Source: Thalia democratica (taxonomy: Eukaryota). Taken from it: DNA of 64,000 nucleotides. The position numbers and the translations under genes were made by a program. The notes under the pieces are model-generated. The model made no database searches, had not been told where the DNA came from, and saw nothing but the letters and a program-made list of their open reading frames with translations. The stretch covers positions 2,108,001 to 2,172,000 of the forward strand of contig OZ241834.1 of the NCBI GenBank assembly GCA_965202585.1. Reading direction: 5' to 3'. The stretch's first letter is position 1; the number at the start of each line of letters is the position of its first letter. Below, in pieces: positions 12,301-25,000 of the stretch.

Positions 12301-15032
12301 CGGTTTCCCAGCATTCAATATCAATACATATTATTATGCATATTTTTCAAACTTCTATGTGAAAATCGCCACACAGTTATTTGAGTATCAAGTTAAAAAA
12401 TAAAACAAACAAACTTTGTTCAGTATTCAAAACTATATTTCCGGAATGCAGGCAACTTAGCTCAAAAGCAACACAAGTTTTATAGAAGTTATGAAAGAAA
12501 TAAAAATTATTACCTAAGTATAAATAAATTATTAAGTTTAAAAGTATAAACAAAAATTTTTAATTCAAAAAATTATTAGGTATAACCTATAAAACTTATT
12601 TTTTGTTGTGTAAAAAAAATAACAATTTTTAACATATGTAAGCACAAAAAATAAATCGGTTAGCTTTAAATTAGTTTTTTTATAACAAAATACAAAAATA
12701 AAGTCATGAATTTGATACAATTGTTGCAGTAAGCGTTTTACCATTCTCACTAATTGAGTATGTTATTTTAAGCTAAAACAATCAACTGTTATCAACTATT
12801 CACTGTTAGATTTTTTAATTTTTTGGCAACCCTATTTAGAATTATTTAATTTATAGCAAACATTATAAAAATTTTAGTTAAGTTAAAGAATTTATAATTT
12901 TTACTTGATTTTTTTATTGAATTTTTTGTTATTTAAATGATTACTAAACTAAAAACTCAAATGTTTTAGTTAAATAGAAACAAACTTAACACTATTCAGT
13001 TTTTTTCTTGTTTTTAAGCGTATTTTTTTGTTATGTTTTTAAATTTAACAGAAACTCTATACTTAATGTTTAAATTATTATTAACAGCTTTGATTTTTTT
13101 TTGATAGAAAAAAAGGAAAAATTATTTTACATTTAACTTATTTTCGTTATATTTAATATGCTTTTAAATTTAGAAATAATGTACCGAATTTTATTATGTA
13201 CAAAAGTTTTAGTCATGTTAAAAATAACTTTTGATTTTTTAAAATATTGATTAAATAATTTTAAAATAAATATGTTTATTAGTTAATTCTTCTTGAATTT
13301 AATCTTTTAAGTAAAAGAGTAAGTGAAGTTATTTTCAAATTTAAACATTGCTAGCTTAAAAAAATCAGCCCTGATAAATCCCCTCAGTTGTTTCATTTTC
13401 TGTGATTTTATGCCCAGTTTTGTAAAAAGACAATTTAGTCTAGCTTTCAGTAACAAATTTTATTTCAGCAAAATTCTTACTATCTCTTTCTTTCATAGAA
13501 ATTGGTTAGTAGTGATGTTTATTTTCTAATAAGATAACTAAAGTATAGAAACTATGTTGCTATGAATTATTTTGAGAAAGTTTTATATACACAGATTTTT
13601 TATTTTTAAAATTGTAAAAAAATTCTCAAAATTTGTTTAAGTAATTTACATATCAACCAATATAAGAAATGTCACATTTATTAAAATTAGAGGTATTTCA
13701 GGTAGAAAAATGGTAGAATATATAAAAAATCAGAAGTTGTGTAGTTTTAAAGCTTAACATATTTTAAAGTAACCATCAACATTAAATTAAATGTTATAGT
13801 GTTGCACTTATAAGAATTGTCTTTTTATTATAACAAAATAGTTCATAAGTTGATTTCAATAAATATTGTATGATATCAATAAAATTAACTTTTCAATTAA
13901 GTATGAAAATGAAAAGAATTTAATTTAAATTTATAATATCAATATTGTAAATGTATTGGTTAAATATTATACTCTTCACATTCATTATAATGACACTTTC
14001 TTTACTTATGTCAAAAGTTTATAAACCTTGTAAAATAATTTCCTAAATTATTTATTAGGACTAAAAGGATTGCATGGATTATTTAAAAAATTTGAAAAAC
14101 TTCAAAATAAGTCTTGAATTTTATAACCAAAATCATGAAGAGTTGTCAACCAAGTTTCTAAAAATAATAAGTTTGTATTTTAAACTGGTATTGCAAAATT
14201 AGTGACATTTTTTAGGATCATTCAATTATTTGAAACTTAGTTCTAGTACAATATAGCCCCTTGTTCACTATTCATTTGAGTCCCTTAAAACTTTGCATGT
14301 TTTCTTTTTCTACTACTGTGTGTATTGAGTAGTTTCAGTACAATTAACTATCATTACCATTAATTAAAATGTTAAATCCTCACTTCAACTTAATTTGTTT
14401 AGCAAGGTTTTAGCTAATCAAGATAGAATTGTGATTAACAATTGATGAAATACTAGAAAATAAAAAATCAAAAACTCTTCTCTCTAACCTTATATGTTTA
14501 ACTCCTTATGTACTAAATTTTACTTGAAACTAACTATTTTCATGATTTTAAATAGTTATTTTTAACTACTTAAGTTAAAAATAATGCATTATTTTTTTCA
14601 CTCCATGGCAAACAGCATTAGCCTTAAATTGAGCTAAATTTTTTGTTTACTTTCAAATAACTATCTTAAAAAGTTATATATTGGTTCATCATTATGTCAT
14701 ATAACAATGTTAATAAAATAATTAAAAGTATTTAAAATGTATAATCATTATAATTTAGTTTTATATTAAGAACTACACAACTTGAAATTTTAAACAATCT
14801 TTAGGGACCTCTAAAATATATATTTCTTACAAATTCAAAATTAATGCGAAATAATATGTAAAAAATTAGACTAAAAATTCTATTAATAATTGTCCAGCTA
14901 AACATCTCAATATTAAACACCTAAATCACTTCAATCTTACCATATAAAATAAACCTGATTGAGATTTAACTCTACATTGCTAAATATTAAGAATATAAAG
15001 TTTATTAATTGAAGTTAAATTTTAGATCCAAG

Positions 15033-18000
15033 ATGAAAAATATTGTATCAAACGAGACAGTCACCGTCCCTGAGGGAGTAAGTTTTGTTTTAGTTATTGA
15101 TTCATCAGGTTTTCCTTCAGAAAATGTTTTGCACTTAAAAATAGAATTGAATTCAATATTATCATTGTCAATGATTATAAACTCAGCTCACTCTGAAATT
15201 TAGAATGAAGCACAACTACATTATATGATGACAATTTATTAAAATAGTTAAAATTTTTGTATTATATATTGTAGTAATATTCTTGTGTTGTTATAGGTCA
15301 AGGTCTGGGTCAAGGGCCGTGTTGTCACAGTCAGAGGACCAAGAGGTATCCTCCGCAAAGATTTCAGCCACTTGAAAGTGAGTTAGTTTTTTATATAGAT
15401 ATTTTAAATAATTAATTTGTATTAACGTTTCATTAAGTACTATAACTTTTTGTAGAAAAAAAATTAAATAGCCTAATTCAGTTTTATACTAAATAATATT
15501 CATAGAAATAAAAAAATTAAATTAAAATCAGATTTTTGAAACAATTATCATCAGATTTTAATGAATTCTACCATTCAAAATTAACAAAATCATGTAAGGG
15601 TCAATCTCCAGGGTTGCCATTGAATTTTAAACCCTGGAGAAACCTAAAGTTTAATAATTTAGGCCAATAAACCTGGAACTTGAAACAATTTTTACATGTT
15701 AAGTAGAGACATTTTCATTTGAACATAAAATCTTATATATAGATGAAATTTTATTGTCATCATCAAATTTTATTTTGATTACAAAACACATTTGAAGTAG
15801 CTTATTAGTGTATTTACTATATTTTATACTGGTTAACACAGTTTTTTTACCTTAAATTTTACTTGAAACTAGAAATAAATTAATAATGTGTACTTATAAA
15901 AACCTGGAGAAAATTTAAAAAACATGAAGAAAATTTGCCTAAAACATTTGGCAACCCTGATTTTAACATAATAATATTCAAAAGAAATAATATAATATAA
16001 TATTAAACAAATGAGAGTACTGAAATAATTTTCTTCAATAGTCTTGATAACATAAATATTTATTAGGTAATGGTAATATCACTGGAATGATAGTTTATTG
16101 TTGAAAAATAAGATAGAATATATTATAAGTAGTTCACAACTCCATATGGCCCTGACCAATCATTTTCAACCAACTTAAGAATATTACTAATCATATGTGA
16201 TGACTTTGGTGTCTAAAAATAATAATGTACTAAGAATTAAGATAAGAACAAAGTCAATTCTGAGAACAATAATTAGGAAAATTTTAATATTTTAATTTGG
16301 TTATATACTTTAAATACTTAAAATTAAAAAAACTCATTAAAGGTTAAATATAAATCAGTATAACATTAAAAAAATGAGTAATAAAATGCTTACACTTGTG
16401 TGGAATATTTAAGTTTTTTAAATTATCAGTACTAGACGGATAATGAAAATAATACTTATGATGAAATTTTAATATTGAACTAGATAAGTTTATTTTAAGT
16501 AGGAACATAGGTCTGAAGTTTTAGTATAGATACAGAAAGAATAACAAAATTAATTCTTGTTTTTCAGCTATACAACCAGATCAAAGTTTACACCATAAGA
16601 GTTTCCACTAAATGTCTAACTAAATAGTAGTTTTTATTACTTTACTCATTAATGTATAAAAGTGTAGTTGAATATATTTCTATTACTGTTATTTAATTTT
16701 TTTTCATCCAGATGAGAGTCTGTTAGTAATACAGCCACTATAATAAAATTATATTTGAATTACACATAAGCATTTAATCAAATTTTTGGAAAACTAAGGA
16801 TTGTTTAAATTTTTTTACAATATATAAATCTTTCCAACAATGTAAGATTTTAAATTAAATTTCATTAAGGAATTTTCTATAAATTATTTGTTGATCAAAT
16901 ACTTTCATTATATTATCAACTGATACTGTCATTTCAACTTATTCATCATGACCAAAATGTCAGTTGAAATTTCTAAAAGCAATCAGAAAATAGTGTTTTT
17001 TATTTATAAAAGTTTACAATATGTGTCACTGATAAGAAAAACATAATTTTTATGAAAATTATGATGTTTGTGTATGTAACTATTGTTATTCATTGTATAA
17101 TATTAAAATGCCATAAATTTCAAAACATTAAATGTAACAAAATGGTAGAATGAAGTTAAAATGTCTGCATTAGTATAACCAGGTTCTATTGAACTTAAGT
17201 TTTTGTCATTTGCTCTATAGTAATAATGCAATTGTTTGAATACCAATAAAAGTTGTATATTAAAAGCAAGGACGTACTAGAGTGATTATTTTCAGTATTT
17301 TCACACTTCAGAATACTTGCAAAATTAACTATGGGAGGTTTGCTGGTTTTTATTACCTTTTTAGTGGTTTAAAACCTATGATGCCTTCCTGACAATTTTA
17401 TACTTTATATATTTCTATTAATAAACATGTTAAGAACATATAATAATAGAAAATAGATCAATTAACCAAGCAATATTATATTTCTTATAAAATGCAAATT
17501 ACAAATTTCCAAGGGGTAAAATTAACTATAATAGTTTTTCTTATTATAATGGTATACAATAAACTAGTATAAAACTTCTAAAAACTTAGTATGATAACAA
17601 AGCAATTGCCTGTTGAAAACCAACCAATCATGTTTACTTTTCTTATAGAATTGTTTAGATTATTTTAATTAAATGATGTGCACGTTGTTGAATAAGTATG
17701 ATAAAATAAACAATGAGGATTAGTAAGTTGTAATTTATTATGATGAATTTTGATTTATAAACACACCAAGATTATATATAACTGGTAATTTTATTTTTTG
17801 ACCACTAAAAAGCATAACAAGAAAGTAAAACATTGTTGCGTTACAGATTGAGCTGTCCAAGAAGGCAGACAGAACTGTCCAGGTCCAGAAATGGTTCGGA
17901 TCCAGGAAAGATACTGCAGCCGTCAGGACCATCTGCTCACACATCTCCAACATGGCCACCGGTGTCACCAAGGTATCACAATATTATCTACAGTTTTGGA

Positions 18001-19633
18001 AATCAATTGATTTTTTAATGTAAAACTATTTTAGTTACTAACATGTAAAACTAATTGAAGTAAAAAGAAATTTCCTGCATCAAATAGTTGTAATAAGTAA
18101 AAATGATGTACAGAGAAATAGTTTTCAAAGCATATAACTTTTTTAAACATACTGCTATATAAGTGTTTATAATTCTTTGATAATTTCTTTTTAAACTTGT
18201 TTATTATATGTTATTACTATCTGGTAATCTATCAAATAATTTAAAATAACTGCTGTGAATTTAATATCTTATCTAATATATATATAGCATTTTATTTGAA
18301 CAAGATAAAGTTTTAAGATATGATTTAATTACTAAACTGTTCGTTCAATAATTATTAAAATAATTTCATTTGCCAATGATTATAAACTCAGCTCACTCTG
18401 AAATATAGAATGAAGCACAACCACATTATATGATGGCAAAAAGTTCTCATACTTAGTCCATCTACCAATGGAAGCGTTTTTTTATCTCAAAAATTAAAAA
18501 AAAGCTTTTACTACAAAAACACTTTTATTGATATAGATTATTTAAAATTAAAGAAAAAGTGTTTTCATTGAAGGATACGGACTTTAAATATGAGAATAAG
18601 ATGAAAAAATATAAAAATAAAATGATGTATTTAATATAAACTAAATTATAATTATTTAATTACCCAGGGATACAAGTACAAGATGAGGTCGGTGTACGCT
18701 CATTTCCCCATCAACTGCAACATCACCGAGGAGGGCAAGAAGATCGAGATCAGGAACTTCTTGGGCGAGAAGTTCGTCAGGAAGGTGAACATGCGCGAGG
18801 GAGTCACCGTCGCCGCGAGCGCCAAGCAGAAGGACGAGTTGATCGTTGAAGGCAACGATATCGAACAAGTCTCCCTTTCAGGTAAATTTTGTTGCTAAGT
18901 AGATTGAAAGAATTTGGTTTAATTTAAAAGAATCAACACTAATAATCATGCTTTTTAGTTAACAAAAAGTTATAAAAGTTTTGTCTACTTTTCAATGAAA
19001 TTGTACTCTTTTTTTAATGTTGAGCTGAATATTTAAGATCTTAAATTAAATGCACTTTTATGCTTGACATGTAAATCTTTAAATTAAACTGTTAACTAAT
19101 CTACTGTTTGAATTTGAAAAACTATTGTGTATTATTAAGTTTTAGAAGTTGTATTATTTTAACATTTAATGTTTTTAGTTATTGATTTATGATAAGTATT
19201 TATTTAAAAATGGTATTGAAATCCAATTACTTGTTGTGTATTTTATTTTGTATCAAATTTTTAAATTTTAACTCATTGCTTGTGTTAAATTATTTTATTA
19301 CAATATTTCCATCTATTTTTATTCTATTCTAAAATTTTTACAATACTTCCTATAAAACATAAAAGTTAATAATATAAAACTTCCTAACCGCATTGCCAAT
19401 GATTATAAACTCAGCTCACTCTGAAATATAGAATGAAGCACAACCACATTATATGATGGCAATATAAATTATTTTTATTATTAAATTCAATATTACCAAT
19501 ATATTAAATGTTTTTATTTTTCACAGCCGCCCTCATCCAACAATCCACCACCGTAAAGAGAAAGGACATCCGTAAGTTCTTGGACGGAATCTACGTCTCC
19601 GAGAAGACCAATGTCGTTGTTGAGGAGGAATAA
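15033..19633 (+). CDS. RPL9: 60S ribosomal protein L9 (uL6), 190 aa
   Basis: Exons 15033-15077, 15297-15377, 17847-17972, 18668-18881 and 19527-19633 (573 nt, all GT-AG, in phase). The translation includes [49 protein letters not shown] and [15 protein letters not shown], which are hallmark RPL9 motifs. Confidence 0.98.
15164..15235 (+). ncRNA. SNORD29: C/D box snoRNA, U29/SNORD29 (snR71) family, copy 1 (RPL9 intron 1)
   Basis: Terminal stem ATTGTCA/TGACAAT; box C ATGATTA; guide AAACTCAGCTCACT before D' CTGA; C' ATGAAG; box D ATGA. The guide pairs with conserved LSU rRNA GUGAGCUGGGUUU, and the +5 rule selects the A equivalent to yeast Am2946 / human Am4493. Confidence 0.88.
15609..15959 (+). 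mobile_element. MITE with CAGGGTTGCCA terminal inverted repeats (hAT/Blackjack-like)
   Basis: TIRs CAGGGTTGCCA (15609) and TGGCAACCCTG (ends 15959); internal CCTGGA subrepeats shared with other copies; no clear TSD. Confidence 0.7.
17264..17397 (+). ncRNA. Candidate H/ACA box snoRNA (RPL9 intron 2)
   Basis: Hairpin 1: lower stem GCAAG/CTTGC, upper stem AG-GTGA/TCAC-CT. H box AAATTA at 17322-17327, 14 nt from the pocket top. Hairpin 2: lower stem GGGAGGT/GCCTTCC, upper stem GGTTTT/AAAACC. ACA at 17392-17394, 15 nt from the pocket top. Total length about 133 nt. Folded by eye only. Confidence 0.55.
18369..18440 (+). ncRNA. SNORD29: C/D box snoRNA, U29/SNORD29 family, copy 2 (RPL9 intron 3)
   Basis: Same boxes and guide as copy 1; terminal stem TTTGCCA/TGGCAAA. 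Confidence 0.88.
19392..19463 (+). ncRNA. SNORD29: C/D box snoRNA, U29/SNORD29 family, copy 3 (RPL9 intron 4)
   Basis: Identical core to copy 2; terminal stem ATTGCCA/TGGCAAT; ends about 63 nt upstream of the acceptor, a typical spacing for intronic C/D snoRNAs. Confidence 0.88.
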
Positions 19634-19660
19634 ATTGTTAAAAACATTAGAAAAATTGAT

Positions 19661-19666
19661 AATAAA
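19661..19666 (+). terminator. Probable polyadenylation signal of RPL9
   Basis: AATAAA 28 nt after the stop codon, followed by a GT-rich tract (GTGTGTGTATTATTTTT) downstream. Confidence 0.6.
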
Positions 19667-21719
19667 TTTTTATAGTCAATGCAATTCAGCAGTGTGTGTA
19701 TTATTTTTGGATTATTTCTAGTCCATTTTTTATAAATATACAAAATGTTCGCATTAAGTTAACTTATTATTATTATAAGAAAAAGTAGACTAAATATGGT
19801 AATTGGTAAAAATAAATAAATCTCCTTCTCTAAATTAAGATTTTAAAGGTAGAAAATATATTAGAATAATTCTCCTTACAATATTTTATTTCTAAGCAAA
19901 ACAATGTAAAGACTGAATAAAGTCTTTATACTTTTATAAATATAAATAAGTCAAATGATAATCCAAATTTTATCTAACCATTAATAAGTTTTGTTCAGCA
20001 ACTATTTACTTGATTCAAAATATAAATTTTGGTTTACAAGTGATAAATTGTGTATTCAGATTACAATGATTTTTTCAAACTGTTTTTATATAGCCTGATC
20101 AACCCTTAGTCCCAATATGTTTATTAAATTGATTTTTATGTTTATCAAATTTTAATAATAGTCATAAATTTGTATCTAAGTATTGAGGTGGCACGCAATT
20201 GCTTAACTTGGAATCGTAGTATTTGGGTATTTCAAACCAAGATAGTAATCGAAGTTTTAATTTTGCAAGACTATTACTATATTCAAGTAGAATAAGTAAG
20301 TTCGCTGAGAACAATCTAAAGATAATCATTCAAAAAAAGAAATATAATTATATAATAATATATCAATTAGTATGGAGTCTGGTTTACAAGTATTTAGGAT
20401 AACTTATGTTAATTATTAGCTTTGTTTTGAATATGACACTGTTCTCAAGTTACTTATAACATATACGGTATGATCAATGAAAGCCTGGACTACTCCGTGA
20501 GACAACTGATCATCAATCTTGAGATCAGCTTAGCTTTAACTAGTTTAATCATATTTAAATAGTTTTAGATGATAATTAGCCTTCAAGTATTTTATTTCAT
20601 GACTTTGAACCATGTCCGTAAACAGCATAGTTCGTCTGAAATTTATTACACTGAAGCCAATTTTATAACTTTAATATACTATCTTATCATAAAAAATAAT
20701 CCAAGAAAATACTTTCCAGTTTCTATTGATTACAAAATTACATTTTTTCTTCAATGTTTAGTAATCCATAGTTGTGAGAGAGTAGTAAAATTTTTGACTT
20801 AAATATCTACAAGTTAAAGAAAACAACTTTTGGAATTATTTGTGTTTAAATAGAAATGAAATTATTCATTTACACTGAAGCCAAGTTGATTTCATGATTT
20901 AGATATATTATCAATCGTGCCTATTATATAATCCGTCCAAAATTAATAAATTTTTAATTTACTCCCATTAGCCTTTTTATCTTCAATGTTAAGAAATTTA
21001 TATAATCAACAATTTTTAGTTATTAGAAAGAACTGTTTCACTGGTGAATTTTTTTGCATTGATTAATTGAGGCCATTTCTGTATTTTTTTTCAAACAACT
21101 TTAGAATTATTCTTGTTTAAAATTGTATAAACAGAATTGGAATAAATACAAAATAGTAGTCATAAGCCGATGCATCTATAAACTGCAAAGTTCATTTGTA
21201 TATTTAAGATATTTATTGTAAGATTTAAACTAGTAATGTATGCTTAATTCAAATTACTAATAATAGTAATATACAAGTAGAGATTTTAAATATCTATACG
21301 GTGGAAAACACCAGGTGTATACATAAATTAGATGCCAAACTTTAACTAAAATGTTAAGGTCTTTGTTTCCTGCATTAAAGAAAGTTTACAAAAGAAAGCA
21401 TTAAGTTAAAAATAGTTGTAATTTTGCATGTCTAGTTGTACTAAATGCTAAGTTTCAAAATTTAAATCAGCATGTATCTATTTTGATGAAATAAGCGCAA
21501 AAGTTATAAAAAGCAAGTTTTTAAAATAAGTGTTGAAACTAAAAGAAGTATAACACAAAAAAAGTACAAGATTTTTTACTAATATACAGCGTTATATAAA
21601 CATTAAAACTTAAAATTGTTGTTTATCTGATAAAAAGTATTAAAGATGTTTTAAAAATGTCTTCTTTGAAAGCAAGCTTACGGATGCTAAAAAACATGTA
21701 ATTTGAGAAACTTTGAAAG

Positions 21720-22010
21720 AAATACCGGAAAAACCTGAAATTTTAAATAAATTTTATGTCTTAAGTAGTAAAATTTCTATTTGATACAAAAAATCAACCA
21801 TATAGATAAATGTTTTTATCATCATTAACGTTTTTTATCAAAAAACACATTTAAAGTAGCTTTACAGTATCTTTTCAATCTTTTTACACTAGTTAACACA
21901 GATTTTACCTTAAACTTAACTTCAGACTATAAATAGACCCAAAAATGTGTATTTTTAAATCTGGATGAAGTTTTAAAACCTGGAGAAAATTTGCCAAAAA
22001 TATTGTACCT
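21720..22010 (+). mobile_element. Truncated copy of the CAGGGTTGCCA MITE family
   Basis: Internal sequence (AAATAGACCCAAAAATGTGT, AAACCTGGAGAAAATTTGCC) matches the 15609 and 55057 copies; the TIRs are lost. Confidence 0.55.
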
Positions 22011-25000
22011 GAAAACTAAATAGATAATTTTACTACTAAAAACAAAAGTTCGTGAACTCATATTTTAGTAACTTAAAGAAAAAAGAATAACTTCAGTGAT
22101 TAAACAACATAAATAAAAAAGCAAATTTTCTTATCGTTTTAAGTTCTAGTGTACTTGTTACGAAAAGTTGTTTGAATAAGTTGCAATAATAGTTATAAAA
22201 AAATTATTCTTTCTTTACAGTATGAGGTACATTAGTGAAAAAAAGATGAATAAAAATCTTACTTAAGATAGCAGTTTTCGTAAATTTTTTACTTATTTTA
22301 GTATAACCTTAGAAAAAAAAACAGATTTGAAAGACACAGGATATTGCTTTTATATTAATTTACATCTTAAATCTATGCATCCTTTTTTAAAGACAAACAT
22401 TTATAAAAATTCTTAAGCAGAAGTTATTAGTTTATGATATTTTTAGTTTATTAATAGTTGATAAAACAGTTAAAATGTAACAATTTATAATGAACAAAAA
22501 CTGTTGTTTCTAAATTGAACGGAGTAGATAAAAAATTATTGAAAAAAGAAACAAAGTTATAAATTTCTATATCAACTTCACTTTTAGTAAAGTTAACTAA
22601 AACAATTATCTGCGACTAGATTCGCACTATTTAGGATTATGAAATTATTTAAGTTTATTGGTTTGAAGTCTTGATAAAATATAATAACTATACAACAAAA
22701 GTTTAATTAAATATAAAGCACACAACAATCCTTAATTTTTAAGTTTGTAAGAAATTTAAGTTAAAAGTTGTGAAAAACCGTCAAACTAAAAGTTTTAGAC
22801 TACTTATAATTAGTACTTCTTTTTAAAAATTTCAAACTCTTTTACTAAAGTCTTATTGTATATTGAACAACAAATACCAAGCGCTCAAAAAGCTTATTTT
22901 GTGGACTTTGGTACAAAACAGCCTTTTGGTTATCGAGTCGTACTTTGATGCAGTTTAATGTATTTAGAACCATTTAGATTCCATAAACAGCGGGGTTTAC
23001 TGAAGAAGGGGGCAATTGCCCCGTGGAGGCAATTAAGGCTCTTAGGGGTAATAAAGTATATTGGTAGTTAGCTAATATTTAGGCAGTTATAATAAATAAC
23101 TTTTTGCAAAACTGATAAATTAAAATACTTAACTTTTTTAAACAAACTAGAATGGCAAAAGCAGCTCGTAACAAAATTAATCTAAAACTATAATAATAAG
23201 ATTTTTATTCTAAAAACTTATAATATATTTTTTAAACTTATTCAAAATAATATCAACAATCCTAATAATGTTTTTTAACAGTGCTTTATTATTATTTTGT
23301 CACTATTATTTTATAAAGTACATATTTAAAATACTTTGCAATTGTGTTGGTGGAAATGTTAATAGAAAACTTATATAATATGTTAAAAAAAGTAAGCTGG
23401 GCATCCAATATAAGTTTTAATGTATAAGTTATAGAACAATTTACTTAATGTAACTTAGTATAAATTCATAAAATAATTAGGCTATTTTAATTATTTTAAA
23501 AGCTTTCCGAAATTTATTTTATTAAAAAAATAAACTAAATCAAAAACTTGTGCGTTTCGAACTTGCCTTAAAAAAACCTTGAAGTATGTACCTGCACTCA
23601 GAAGCTTTATAAAGTGTGCACATAAGTAGTTTTGACTAGCATTGATCTTAATCTTTTAGTATTTTTATATTTTTTTGTACACAATGTTTCAATAGTTTTT
23701 TTTCACAAGCTGTTTTATGACAGCTAGCAAGTTTCGATAAATTGTCTGAAAACAAACACAGCTAGTCATTTCTACTAACTTAACGTGTTATTCTTAAACT
23801 GAGTAGGTTACAACATTGTATTAGTACCTATTAATTTGTAACTACTGGTTTAAAGTATCTAAAACTCACGTGAATAAAACCCTGTTCGTTTTAATTGTCT
23901 AATTCATGGATTGACAGGATTTTGGTGGTCGCGGACCAAATTTAAGAAATAAAATTTTTCGCAGGCTGCGGTTGTAGTCTTAGTTGAAACATGATCTTAA
24001 CTTTACTGATCATTATGTCTAAAATGTCTAATAGTGTATTTTTCAAAAATTTATGGTTTAGCAGCAGAGATTTACATGATTCGCAGGCTGCAGTTTGCCG
24101 ACCCCTGATCTGATACATATACTGTAATAAAAACAGATAAAAGTTGCAAATGTAATAAAAAACTTAAATTAAACAAGCTATTATCAATAAACATAATGAA
24201 CTCTGAAGTTTTTCAACAATGTAAGCTTATCAAGTAAAAATTATATTTAGATGCAATGTTTAGAAATGTTGATAAAAATCTCGTGTATACAAGGTTGCAA
24301 GTAAGACACGTTAACTTTATAAACTTTACATTTGATTTTTCTAAAACATGAAATTATGAATAAAAAAAAGAGCGATGAAATCAAAAATACTAAACTACAT
24401 AACCTAAATATATTAAATGAAGAAGTTTAGGGTAGCAGAGGTGGGAAAATATAATTTAATTAAAATCAATGTGTCAAAGGTCCAGGTATTACAATGTTTT
24501 ACAATAAGGTATTAAATATGAAAACCATACCTTTGTCTACATATTGCTAATACAACTTTTTATAGATAACTACAGAGTGACTAAACTACAATAATGACAA
24601 ATAACAAATCGGATCATGTAGTAGTTTGTTCTCGAATAAATTTCTTAAGGGAACTCACCAGAGCAGTATGACTTTGACAAAAGTTATTATTTTAACACAT
24701 ATATAAAAATAATAAACATTAACATTTATTTGTTACGTCACTAAAGGGTGTACAATATAAATATATACAATAAATTTATTACTTAAGTTATGATGGTGTA
24801 ATGTGTTTTGTTTTACTTAAAAAAAACTAAATATATAACTAAAGCAACACAAGCTTTATGAATTGTTAGGCTCTTAATTGTTTCAAATATTTTCTAATTG
24901 GTAATAAAATATATTTGATGTTTTAATCAAACTAAAACATTAACAAATGAACTTTTTAATTTTTTTTAATATAGTATAAACACAAATTGTATGTCAATTT

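Noticed and set aside
16197-16516. Two C/D-like box pairs (GTGATGA..CTGA 16197-16263; ATGATGA..CTGA 16458-16516) in RPL9 intron 2
   Set aside because: Weak or absent terminal stems, no recognisable rRNA/snRNA complementarity, and such boxes arise by chance in AT-rich DNA.
17738-18868. Minus-strand ORFs 17738-17971 and 18656-18868, and plus ORF 17833-18018
   Set aside because: Antisense or off-frame shadows of GC-rich RPL9 exons.
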